A stretch of DNA of 64,000 bases. Origin: Eledone cirrhosa. Its lineage: Eukaryota. Position 1 is the stretch's first letter. Every line of letters starts with the position of its first letter. Below the pieces are notes generated by a model. The model was not told where the DNA came from and searched no databases. It worked only from the letters and a program-made list of their open reading frames with translations. Below are positions 42,403 through 55,337 of this stretch, piece by piece. The DNA lies in assembly GCA_964016885.1 (NCBI GenBank), contig OZ024760.1:31682001-31746000 (forward strand), read 5' to 3'. The position numbers and the translations under genes were made by a program.

Positions 42403-42456
<54 letters not shown>

Positions 42457-42643
42457 ATATATAAATGGCTTCTACAGGACTAGAACTGTTTCATTCGAAG
42501 GAAATCCTGATGATTTCCTCCAAATGAACCAGTTCTAGTCCTGTAGAAGCCATTTATATATTAAATATTTATACTCTGCCCATGTATTGAGTACCTTACT
42601 TACTGTGGTTACCCCTATTGAACCTGGGATAAACACACACACC

Positions 42644-42709
<66 letters not shown>

Positions 42710-43414
42710 TGTATGTATATATATATGTGGGTGTGTGTGTGTATATATATGTGTGTGTGTGTGTGTATATATATATGTATGTGTGTGTGCATGTATGTAT
42801 ATATATGGGTGTGTATAATTAGACAAAATGGTCCTGTGAATATATAGGTGAAACTCCAGAATGCCAAGACTCATAACGTAACCACAATAAAGAATATATA
42901 TATAAGTATATATATATATATATATTTACGCACACCATTTTCCTCTCTATCTCCCAGCTGGGATGAAATATAATAGCTGTAATATACCAGGGTGTCGTCC
43001 TCAACTACGAAACTGACTTTCAGCCCCAATCCCAAAACACATCATTGTCCTTACATTCTAAAGATGGTTGTAGAAGAATATAAGTGACGTTGGGGTGGTG
43101 GAGATACTCCGAGTGTCGGCGGGGACATACGAAACAGTAGCCTTTAGTTTTAGGTCAGGAATTAGGGATAATTTCCAAAATTTCTTTTGTCTAGGGACCA
43201 TTGGTACCAACCAAAGTGTTACTGGGGTTTTTTTGCGGGGTGAGTGAGAAATAAGTAACTTTTATGAAAGGTGAGGTTGGGGCTGGGGTGGAACATAGGA
43301 AATGTGCTTCAAGTAGAGGGTTGTTGTGGTTTTGAAGTGGCCTGTGGCCTCATACTCCCCAACAGTTTATCTCTTGCTTATATATACATACATGTATGTA
43401 TATATATATATATA

Positions 43415-44121
43415 CTAGCTAAACTACCCATCCTCTGGATGGTTCAAGTAGCTTTCGATGTAGTTCATTAACCTAAACAAAGTAAATTTAAATACATAGA
43501 AGAAAAACGTACTTTATGTAAACATGAAAACCTTAGTCACTATTCCAGCGAAATAATTAATATGTGAGCTCGGTGTCTTTTTTGACAACAGTAAAAGCTC
43601 ATCATGAAATAGAGAAGTGAAGTGAATAATAGACACTATTATGTACAAAGCATAATATTGTAAAAGTTATGACATCACTTAATGTATGAACATCAAACCT
43701 GAAAGGATAAATTATACAATGTCAAATCTATAACTTAACGTAGTAATCTGTTAGAAATTGCTGGTTGTGAAATATACAAAATGATATTGTTAGTCTCAAG
43801 GAAGCGTACTTTTTGTTTCAAGTACAAAGAGTAAATTAAAATCCGAATGAGCCGAATTACGAAAGATAACTCTTATCTTACTTAAAGATAACTCTTGTCT
43901 TACTTAATCACGAAAATTCACACAAATAACCGAAACTTTTTTAATGTCTCCAAAGGCCCCAATATGGATTATTGAAAGCCTTTGTAGATCATGTACAGGT
44001 TTTATGCAAGGAGAAGCTCTGTAAAACATTTCAAAGAAATCGCATGAATGGTTTAGAATATATGAGCCCTCATTAAAAATTGTCCGACATACAGAAAACT
44101 TTGTCTTTATATATATACAGA
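43415..44121 (-). mobile_element. Second non-autonomous Helitron-like element
   Basis: Minus strand starts TCTGTATATATATAAAG and ends ccatccagaggatgg hairpin + CTAG|T. Confidence 0.6.
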
Positions 44122-44210
44122 TACATACATGTATATATATATATACATGTATGTATATATATATATATACATACATATATATATACATGTATACATATAT
44201 ATATATGAAT

Positions 44211-44248
<38 letters not shown>

Positions 44249-45573
44249 TTATTTATTTATTTATGGTATGTTTGACTGTCTAAATATGTAGAGATGTGTG
44301 TGTGTATATATATATACATATAGATAAACATATATGTATAACTTGATGTTGAATATTTTTTTCCTTTGTGGCAAATAAAGACAGCATAATCATCATCATT
44401 ATCACCATTATTATTATTTAATGGTGAACTAATTTCTAGTATAGTGTTATTAGACTGTGATGAGTGAGAGAGAGAGGAACATATATATATATATATGAAA
44501 GAGAGAGTGAGAGAGAGAAAGAGAGAGAGGAACAGAGACTGTCTGGGGTGAACAAGATGTCAAGTATCACATATTCATCATCATCATCACCTCCTCCTCA
44601 TCATCATCATACTGAGCACTACTACTACCAATCTCTTCTTCCTTATCTTTATTATCACTATCACCACCACCACCACCACCACCACTCTCCTCCTCACCAC
44701 CGCCACCATGGGCCACCACCATCATCATCATCATCATCATCATCATCACCACCAACACATCATATAAAACCAAAAATATAATTATAAATAGAAACAAGTA
44801 AAACAACAACAGAACCACTGTCTTCAGTGAACATCAAACACAGGTAGAAGCATTAGGAGGTCAGGTAAGGTGATGGGCAGGTGAGGTGAGGTCAGTTATA
44901 TCAATCAACACCAAACACAGGTAGACAGAAGCATTAGGAGGGAAGGTGAGGTGGTGGGAGTTGAAATAAGGTGTGGTTGTGTTCAGGTAGAAAACTACAA
45001 ATTTTGGTTTTGTTTCTATGTTGACCTCAGTACATAACTGGTACTTTATCACCCCCTTCACACCCCCAATATTTTGATGAGTTGTAGTGCACCTGAGCAC
45101 TGTACACAATAATTTCATTAATTAATATAGCACAAGACATTTTGTCCTACGCCCTAATGACTCTGCCAACTCACAGCCCTAAACACCTTTATAATACAGG
45201 CACAAGGCTCCTCCAATATTCTCGTGGAGTGGTGAGTCAGATAATTATATCAGCCCACATGTTATAACTGGTATTTTACTTGATTGACCCCAGAAGGGAT
45301 AAAAGACAAGATCAACCAGGGTGGGATCTGAACTGCCTATCAAACACCATTGCCATAATAATAATAATAGTAATAAAAATAATAAAAATAATAGTAATGG
45401 TTTGTAATTTAGACAGAAGATCAGTAATTTTTGGGGTGTGGGGAAAATCAATTAAATCAACCCCAGTGATTGATTGGTCCTTTAATTTATTGAACTTGGT
45501 GGGGTGAAAGGTGGAGTTGACTATGGTGGGATTTGAACTCAGAACGTAATGATAATGATAATAATGATAATAA

Positions 45574-45605
<32 letters not shown>

Positions 45606-45769
45606 ATGGTAATAAGTTAAGTTGTGTTGGTAGGTGGGGGTAGCAGCAGGTGTAAGGAATCCATTGGTGCAGTTAGGAGGGGCGTTTGTTAGGTAGCAGC
45701 AGGGTGGGTGTTCGGCAATGCAACGTGCTGTGCAGTGATTGCGCTGGCTGTCGTTTGACGTCCACTTAC

Positions 45770-45893
45770 TGTCTGGTAGAGATGTTTCTCGCGTCGACTG
45801 CATGTCAGCATCCATGTACAGCTCCTTGCTTCTCTCCTTCATACTGATGAAACGGTGGAACGGAGGAGAGGCATCACATTCTCTGCGATTCGC
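45770..45893 (-). CDS. Internal exon of the uncharacterised gene (ANRRECDASPPFHRFISMKERSKELYMDADMQSTRETSLPD)
   Basis: Acceptor gtcgttcag|, donor CA|gtaagt; 124 nt, phase 0 to 1. Confidence 0.85.
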
Positions 45894-46046
45894 CTGAACG
45901 ACGACGGAGGAGAGATGAGACCCAGATGAGATGAAAAGAGAAGATAAAAGCCGGAAAGGGAAAAAGAAAAGTGAAAGAAACGGAAAAAAAAGAAATAGAA
46001 AAAAAGAAAGGAAGAAAATTAGGCAGTGAACTAATTTCTAGGTATA

Positions 46047-46093
<47 letters not shown>

Positions 46094-46329
46094 GTTACAT
46101 AGTAAGGTGTATTATTGGTTGTGTCATACGGTCCAATAAACTTTTGTTAGCAATATTAAGTTCTCCACGCTTTTATATATCTCCAGTTCCATTTATGGGA
46201 ACAGCTAGCTGATGTAAAACGGAGTATTTGTATCAAAATAAAGATCCGAAGGCATGGTATAAATTTCCAATCATTTTAATCACGACACAATTTTCTCCCT
46301 CATATCAAGGATTTGAGGACAATTCATTT

Positions 46330-46399
46330 TCACCTGACGAGATCAGTGATAATCGATCATGGCCGCACGATCTATCTCTTATTGAAACATGTGTTGTGA
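46330..46399 (+). ncRNA. Hammerhead-like motif (GUU triplet) in fold-back 46236-46445
   Basis: tcac-CTGACGA-helix II-GAAA-catgtg-TT-gtga. Confidence 0.6.
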
Positions 46400-46472
46400 T
46401 TAAAATGATTGGAAATTTATACCATGCCTTCGGATCTTTATTTTGATATATATATATATATTTAATATAGAA

Positions 46473-46528
46473 AAGGCTTCTACAGGACTAGAACTGTTTC
46501 ATTTGGGAAAAAATCATCAGGAAGCCTT
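46473..46528 (-). ncRNA. Type I hammerhead, family B, in fold-back 46465-46580
   Basis: aaggcttc-CTGATGA-ttttttcccaaat-GAAA-cag ttctagtc ctg-TA-gaagcctt; related decayed fold-back at 42455-42560. Confidence 0.72.
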
Positions 46529-47705
46529 GATGATTTCTCCAAAATTAAACAGTTCTAGTCCTGTAGAAGCCTTTTCTATATTAAACATTTATACTCTGCT
46601 ATGTATTGAGTACTTACTGTGGTTACCATCGATTGAACCCGGGATAAACTTATATATATATAGGGGCTGGCCATCAAAGAAACAACACCACGTGTTTGGC
46701 AGACCCCTTGTATCCCTGTATCAGGAAAAGAAAATCTTTTTCGGGGAAATTGTTGGATTTTTCCCAATGTAAAGTTTTATTAGGAATTTTCAATGTTTAT
46801 TTTAGGTTTTGCCATCTGAAGAGCTCAGGCTATCATAGCTGATAGTCCTCAGTGAAATATGTGGAACAGAGTTTTAAATAAACCTGAATCAACTGAATAT
46901 GACCACTGATCTTTTATTAATATATTTATATATATATATCCATACATACATGTATGGATATATATATATGTATATCACCTTGATCACCTTGACCGACCAG
47001 TCTGTTGGGCGTCCATTTGGCGCCGCTGGTCACAGCACGTTGTGCTGTTTTAGCCATGAGATAACGCCATCCCACTGGCTGGGCGGGCAGGCTTATTATA
47101 TATATATATATATATATATGGTGGCTGCCAACTCGTTTTCGAGTACAGCCACTACTTTATATCCATGTAGGAGAACCCCTACCGATGCGCTGAACGAGTT
47201 TGACTTTTCAGTCCAGCCAGCGACTTGAAAACTCTGGTACAAACACTACACTTGTGACAATTATTGACACATAGTGCTGGGCCCATGGTACCATGTGACG
47301 ACATGTGCAGAGAGATCTCCAGATATAAAGCAATGCCTGTGCCGTGAAGCTTTTATAGTGAGCAAAGGCACTGCACAAAGCCAGTCCCACTCTCTTAACC
47401 AAGATGATATTTACCAAAAAGAAGAACAAGTCAACATCATTGGATACCATCAGAGTTGCAGGTTTTATATCAGACTTTTCCTTCTCCTAGAATTCTGCCT
47501 TGACAAAGGCTAAGGGATCATCTCTCCCGATAATTTTGGATGGCAATTGACTCTTAAGAGCTCCTTTGCCCTTTGACAGGTTTTGTTTTTCGTCCTGCAG
47601 GATGTCCAAAGTCACCTTCCTCACCAAGAAACCTTGGTGAGGTTGCCAGTTTAGTCGCCAAAGACCCGACCATGGGACATATATCCATACATACATGTAT
47701 GTATA

Positions 47706-47739
<34 letters not shown>

Positions 47740-47881
47740 AGAGGAAAAAAGATGAAATCGAAAATGCAACTGGAGTCATTTTTTATAAAAATATATATTT
47801 ATTTGGTTCCTTTACCGGTTTTGCAGTTCTTCTGCTTTTCAAAAGTAAAATTGAGATGGAGGGTTTGTGGCTTTTCTTACA

Positions 47882-47932
<51 letters not shown>

Positions 47933-48204
47933 ATATTTAATTATGTAATTATGCAATAAACAACACAATATAATTATTCCATTACCCATGATTCCAACAG
48001 AGGCATCTGAATCCATTCATCAGATAGGATTTCTATCTGATGAATGGATTGACTTTGTGAAATCTTGGGTAATGGAATAATTATATACATGTATGTATAT
48101 ATAATATATATATGAACAGTTTAAGACATTTAAATGTCTTAAACTTTTAATTTTGATTTGTAAGTTGATTTGTGACTATAATTACATATATTGATCCTAT
48201 CATA

Positions 48205-48330
48205 GTTTTGAGCTAAAATACACCTCGTAAATGAGTGAACTGGAGCAATGTCAAATAAAGTGTCTTGCTCAAGGATACAACACAAAGCCTGGTCTGAGAA
48301 TTGAACTCACAACTTCACAATTATAACCTT
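48205..48330 (-). mobile_element. SINE fragment
   Basis: gagtgaactggagcaatg...gtgtcttgctcaaggatacaac...ttgaactcac; B-box gagttcaattc on the minus strand. Confidence 0.55.
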
Positions 48331-48561
48331 ACTCTCTCTATATAGTAAAGGGTCAATAATGTTTTTAAAGGCTGGTACAATATTGTAGAAAAATAATATG
48401 AACGGCAAATGACGACATTTCTCTCAATACTATGTATTAACTACACTACTATATATATATATATATGTGTATATATATATATATATACACACACATATAT
48501 ATACATAGTAGTGTAGTTAATACATATATATATATATATAAGTATTAACTACACTACTATA

Positions 48562-48607
<46 letters not shown>

Positions 48608-48627
48608 TATATATATGTGTATGTGTG

Positions 48628-48659
<32 letters not shown>

Positions 48660-48687
48660 TATATACATAGTAGTGCAGTTAATACAT

Positions 48688-49095
48688 ATATATATGAATA
48701 TACATATAGTGTATTTTGCAATACACTGTATGCTTAATTAAAAGCAATTTGAAGACCTTACGCTATCATTTTAAAGTAGCGACATTGTCGCTTACTTACA
48801 TTTTCGGCAGGCAGGGAGGAGATAAGTTGACAGCGCTGTTTCGTACTGATTGGTATGTTGGATTCTTATAGAATTCCAGTAACAATCAGGAACTGATTTT
48901 ACAGAGTAGTCGCCAGTTTTGACAAGTACCAATCAGTACAAAACAGCGCTGTCAACTTATCTCCTCCCTGCCTGCCGAAAATTTAAGTAAGCGACAATGT
49001 CGCTACTTTAAAACAATAGCGTAAGGTCTTCAAAATGCTTTTAATTAAGCATACAGTGTATTGCAAAATACACTAAATATACATTCATATATATA
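48688..49095. repeat. Fold-back with about 170-bp arms and about 70-bp spacer
   Basis: Arms 48688-48856 / 48927-49095. Confidence 0.92.
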
Positions 49096-49115
49096 TCGCT
49101 ATTTCAGAGCACCAA

Positions 49116-49154
<39 letters not shown>

Positions 49155-49275
49155 TAAAATAACAGATTAAAGTTTAAGCAAAGAATCGCTGCTGTCACTC
49201 TTAACAGGTTCTTATATATTTGATATATATTTATCCTTATCGAGCCCTCTTTTGATTACTATATATATCTATATC

Positions 49276-49307
<32 letters not shown>

Positions 49308-50142
49308 AATGGAATAGAATGAAACGAAATTTCATTTCTCATTCTTAGTATGGCACTTACTTAAATGCAAGTATGTATGTATACGTACATACATATATGT
49401 ATACAGACGTACAGTAATATGTATATATATACATACATGCACACATATATATATGCACGTATCGGTTTACCGAACATTTATTATAATGCTCGGTTTGTTT
49501 GTTTGTAAACAAACAAACAGCCCGAATTACGCCGTACAGTGTTTAGGCAACCACGTCACCTTTTTGTTCAACACTGACACAGGAACGATGTACTAGTTTC
49601 AAGCTTATTAGCTATCATCAGCATCGTATACCTTCCTGCCTGATGGTTGAATGTCTGAAAGTATATACTTTCCTTATGCATATTAATGACTGAGCAGCCT
49701 AATTTGCATATCGAGTGAGTTCAGTCTGCTGGGCGTACCGAAAATGATAAATAGAATAGAATGAAACGAAATTTCATTTCTCACTCTTAGTACGGCACTT
49801 ACTTAAATATAAGTATGCATGTGTACGTACATACATATATGTATATAGACGTACAGTAGTATGTATATATATATAGGAAAAGAATCAGGACTCCGACGGC
49901 TGAGCTCCAGCCATTTCGACAGCTAGATTCGAACGCTATAGACCACTTGGTATCCTATAACACCCTCTTTGTTGCATATATATATGTATATATATATATA
50001 TGTATGTAAATATATAAATATGTATGTATATATGTGTATGTATATAAATATATATGTATATATATATGTATGTATATAAATATATATGTATATGTATGTA
50101 TATATATATATGTATATATATGTATGTATATATATATGTATG

Positions 50143-50175
<33 letters not shown>

Positions 50176-50176
50176 G

Positions 50177-50212
<36 letters not shown>

Positions 50213-50854
50213 TGTATGTATGTATATATATATATATAAATATATATTCACCGAAAAAGATATAGAATACGCGAAAATGTTTTGTAAGTGTGGGAAATAA
50301 GATAAATAGAAACCCATGTTACTTGAAGGGAGCAAGTTTAGGGAGTTGAATATTTGATCCCGTGATACTAGGGGAACAGTTTGGTACCATGACAGCTTCA
50401 GACAGACAGACAGACACAGAACTAGGGAGACACTGTAAGCAACTACAACTTGTCACACTTACATATGATAGGACAGAAGGATGGAGAGATAGATAGATAG
50501 ATAGATAGATGGAATAATGAATAGATAAAAGACAGGTAAATACAGTAGAGACAACTACACATAGACAGATGGAGAAACAGACAGACAGGTGATACAGGTA
50601 GACAGTTAGACTGACAGGTAGACAGCCATGAATATGAGAAGACTAAAGATCAAATATATAGAAAGAGAGACAAACAGACAGACAGAGATTAAGATCCCCT
50701 CCATGTTAACTCTGAGCACGACCACCAGGGCCGTGAGCAGCACCAGTGTGGCCACTGTTGCCAACAACATGGTCAGTAACACCAACATTAACAAGAACAA
50801 CAACAACAACAACAGTAACAACATCATGGCTGTCGTTGTGGCCATGTAACCCAC

Positions 50855-51067
50855 CACTCGAGGTCTTTGTTCCGTTCCTCCGTGGTAGGTGTTCCAACGT
50901 TTCAGCTGCGATGTACGTCTTGCCTCCTGGAACTGATACAGTTCCGACTCTCTTCTTGTGATGTCAGCCTGCAGTAGGAGGTTGTTCACTTCCTGTAACA
51001 GCAGCTGCCGCTTCATTTCCATAATTTCTTTGTTACGTTCCAGATGACTTAATCGCAGATTATTCAT
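50855..51067 (-). CDS. Internal exon, coiled-coil-like (MNNLRLSHLERNKEIMEMKRQLLLQEVNNLLLQADITRRESELYQFQEARR...)
   Basis: Acceptor gctcgttag|ATG in phase 0; most likely donor GTG|gtgggt (exact donor uncertain). Confidence 0.82.
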
Positions 51068-51507
51068 CTAACGAGCGACGGAAGACGAAAAATAAAACAA
51101 AAAGAAGAAAAATTAACAATTTTCAATCTAAACATAATAATAATCATCATCATCACCACTACTACAATCATCATCATAATCATTTTTATCATCATCATCA
51201 TAATTATGATTATCACCACCACCACCACTACCATCATCATCATCACCATTATCATCACAGTTATCATCATCATCATCATCATCATCATCACTAATGAGCA
51301 CACTTAAAAAAGACTGTAAACTGTAAATTATCATTAAGATACAGGAATGACTATATATATATATAAATGAAGTTAATATGCCCACGGGTACTAAGTACCC
51401 CTGGAAATATATAGATTCGTTCGGTAAAAGCACTGGAGTGAGTAAATATTTAAATTATATTTTTTAATTTATTTTTAAAAAATTGTTTGAATTTTGCTTG
51501 TTCTGCT

Positions 51508-51662
<155 letters not shown>

Positions 51663-52126
51663 TTCCTGTCTATATATATATTCTGTCTTCCAGAAGTTAT
51701 CAACTTCTGGAAGACAGAATTCATCAAAAGTTGAGTAATTGTACAGAAACAATTGTAGAAGGAAATAACAAAATAAGGGAAGTAATTCCCTTGCATATAT
51801 ATAATTGTGGTAAGGAACCAGATGGACCATAACGCACCAGAGTACACAATACTTAGGGTAGTAGAGTGGGTAATAGGAAAATGTTTGACCCCGACGGCAG
51901 AGCTCAAGCCATTTTGACAAACATTTTCCTATATATATATGTATATATATGTAGAAGAGATATTTAATTTGTTGGAAATCCAACATATATAGTTGTTTAT
52001 AACTGATTCAGAGCACTCGACAGTTTTCTGGAATAAGTATTCAATGATATTATATATATGTCTATATATATATATACATACTCAATGATATTAAATAAAT
52101 GGAAACTATATTTATAAAACCATATT

Positions 52127-52188
52127 TATTCTATTATATATATTTCAAGGGTACCAAACATTTTGGTACGCTATCATCAGATAAAATA
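52127..52188 (-). ncRNA. Minimal type I hammerhead, family A, in fold-back 52075-52350
   Basis: tattttat-CTGATGA-tagcgtacca aaatgtt tggtaccctt-GAAA-tatata-TA-atagaata. Confidence 0.8.
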
Positions 52189-52556
52189 CAAAATGTTTTA
52201 TAAATATTTGACAAGACCAAGGATAATATACCTTAATGGTTCAAGTTATCCCTGGAAAGTGACCAAAATGTTTGGTACCCTTGAAATATATATAATAGAA
52301 TAAATATGGGTTTATAAATATAATTTCCATTTATTTAATATCATTGAGTATGTATATATATATATATACACATATATATATATAGGGATTTCGTCAGTGT
52401 GCTAACAGAAGTCTGATGAGCTTTTGATTCCTGAGTCAGGTCCAATCGATATAGATTGACACTTGAGCTGATCAATTGTGAAACATGCGTCACGCCTCAA
52501 TAAACGTAAAATTTATATATTTAACAAAAGCAGACTTTGAAGAAGACATTCCTCAC

Positions 52557-52633
52557 CTGTATTTGCAGCTGCATTGCATGGCAGTAAAACTTTTCAAAAT
52601 TACTCAGCGCTGAAGACTTCTTAGAAACTTCCT
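52557..52633 (-). CDS. Internal exon (EEVSKKSSALSNFEKFYCHAMQLQIQ), not in the ORF track
   Basis: Acceptor ttttatttttag|, donor CAG|gtgagg; 77 nt, phase 1 to 0, bridges the flanking exons exactly. Confidence 0.88.
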
Positions 52634-52699
52634 CTAAAAATAAAATAGCAACATTGATATTGTTTGAGTTTGACAGTTATATTAGTTTAACCCTTAAGC

Positions 52700-53340
52700 A
52701 TTTACATTACTCTATATATACTATTGTATTTTCATGGTAAAGTCTTTACCTCACATAATATCTCACATAACATTTACATTACTCTATATATACTATTGTA
52801 TTTTCACAGTAAAGGCTTTACCTCACATAATTATCTCACATTACTCTATATATACTATTGTATTTTCAAGTAAAGGTTTTACCTCGCATAATATCTCACA
52901 TAACACTTACATTACTCTATATATACTATTGTATTTTCACAGTAAATGCTTTACCTCACATAATATCTCACATAGCATTTACATTTCTATATATTTACTA
53001 TTGTATTTTCATAGTAAAGTCTTTACCTCACATAATATCTCACATAATATTTACATTACTCTATATATACTATTGTATTTTCACAGTAAAGGCTTTACCT
53101 TGCATAATTACCTCACATAAGATCTACATTACTCTATATATACTATTGTATTTTCATGGTAAAGTCTTTACCTCACATAATATCTCACATAATATTTACA
53201 TTACTCTATATTTACTATTATATTTTGACAGTAAAGGCTTTACCTCACATAATATCTCACATAACATTTACATTACTCTATATATACTATTGTATTTTCA
53301 TGGTAAAGGCTTTACCTTGCATAATTATCTCACATAACAT
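52700..53340. repeat. 72-bp minisatellite, left block
   Basis: Unit ttacattactctatatatactattgtattttcacagtaaaggctttacctcacataatatctcacataacat; 24-aa periodicity. Confidence 0.95.
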
Positions 53341-53541
53341 CTCGTATACGAGAGACGTGTGTGAACAAGCTCGGCTACCGAGTTGGATTTACTTACTCAA
53401 AAGCGAGTTTTGATTTATTGTTTTTGTACTGTAATATACGTTAACCCCTTGCCTGGATCGTCAGACTTTGAGTTTATTTATTTTCGCCCCTTTTTGGGAC
53501 GAATTTTCCATTTAAAAATTTATTACGGCAAACTGATAGAA

Positions 53542-55316
53542 ATGGACGGAATTTTCACATCTCATCCTAACGAGAAAGCCACGCCCCCTAAGAAAGGTGA
53601 TACAGAGAAGCTAGAAGCACAATGCTCTAAGTCTTCCCTCCTCACTTCTGCAAAAGAAACATGGAACACGGAATTAAAAGAAAAATTTGTAAAAATGGGT
53701 GAAAACCCAGAAAGTCACATAAACGCAGACAAAAACAACAATGACAATAACAGCACGACCAACAACAGCAATAGTCACAACACCAACCAAGAAAAAAATG
53801 AAAAAAATAACGATAACACCAAACAAAGCGAACCCACTACTGGTGCCTCCTTTGCACAGGCGGTCCGAAAAACACAGACCTGCAAGCAACTGGACATTAC
53901 AACTCTGAGAGAAAAGATGAAGGAAGCAAAACAGTATGTAACTTTCAAAGAAGGAGGAGACTTCACAATCACCCCCCCACAAGAAATCAAAAGAGACACG
54001 ACACTAAGAACGATATCTTTCAGAACAATTTCCAACATAACAAGGAAACCAGCTCAATTATCCCAAAAAGAAATTGAGCTGGTCCTAAAAAATGTGTGGA
54101 GTGATATATCGTTCATACAAAAAGGGCCACTCTATGGGAATATAACGGTGCTAATGAAGGATCAATTGACGGCCAGGAAATACTCTGTGTCGCCAATTGT
54201 TTCCAAGCTACACACATTCCCCCCCCACATATTTGGGGAAAAGAACGCAAAAATTAGGAGTCTCCGGAATCCGGCCAAATGCATGCATTTCCTGGGTACT
54301 AACAGGATATTTAGAACACGAGGACGGAATCCTCTCAGTAGAAGTCACCACAGACGTTTTCGGCGGTTTGAGCGTAGAGGTTCTGGTCCAAATGAGACCA
54401 GAACGAATAGCTAGAATACCACAGAGGGTGTCCCTCGATGGAGAAACATTTGTATACATTTCAGCCGAGGGTAGGAGGCCCATATGTTACTACTGTTCAA
54501 GCAGGGGTCATCTAAGGGCTGCCTGTCCTCAATTGACAAAAAAAGGCTCTTTTGCCTACACCCCACACACCACCACGGCCACCACCACCGCCACCACCAC
54601 CACAACAACAACAACAAAAACAACAACAACAACAACAACAAAAACAACACGGAAAAATAACACAAGACACGGCCCCACCCAAAACAACTCCCAAAACACA
54701 CACAAACACAACAAAACCTCAAAATACACCACTACCCGACAGCACGGACGAGGACCCAGCTGAAACGGCACCTAGTGACGAAGAGGGAGGACCCTTCCAA
54801 CCTGTAAAGAGGAAAAAAAGAAAGCACCACTCGAACATAAACGAAACAAACACACAACCACCAACAAAAACAAAACAAACAGAACAAACAAAATCCGCCC
54901 CACCCCAAAACATAACACATACAACAAAACGCAAGCACACACAAGAACAACAAACAAACACAACACAAATAAAACAGTATACATACATTAACACAAATAA
55001 CAAAGAACTAGTAAAAACAATACACAAAGACCCTTCAGTGGAAACTGAAGGGCAATTCTTTGCAAGCGCGGCCAACAAACCGCATTTAAAAATGATAAGA
55101 CTCCCAATGGACACCTATGCAAAACTAAGAGAGAACTTTCCTGAGGACGTGGGGAAAACATGTACTCGACCCTATAACCGCGTCCTCTTGAAACATTTCC
55201 CCACCCACACCTCACCAAACACCCCCACCCCACCACAGAACAACACCCCACCAAACAACCCCTCCAATACGCCCATGGATATTGTGCAACCTGCTCCTCA
55301 GGAGCCGAACAGGTAG
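53542..55316 (+). pseudogene. LINE ORF1 (gag-like, zinc knuckle), two frameshifts
   Basis: ATG at 53542; frames switch near the C run at about 54220 and near 54550; CYYCSSRGHLRAAC. Confidence 0.8.
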
Positions 55317-55337
55317 GTCCTTCCTCTTTTAACCAAC

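Noticed and set aside
45312-45769. Extension of the coding exon through the Cys/Tyr-rich ORF tail
   Set aside because: It lies beyond a perfect GTAAGT donor and runs into (TAC)n and a SINE
46810-46870. Hammerhead at CTGAAGA...GAAA
   Set aside because: No NUH triplet or helix I partner; a decayed remnant at best
47120-47680. Extra exon in a GC-richer intronic stretch
   Set aside because: Stops in the candidate frames and no matching splice pair; the flanking exons already join in phase; probably an unclassified repeat
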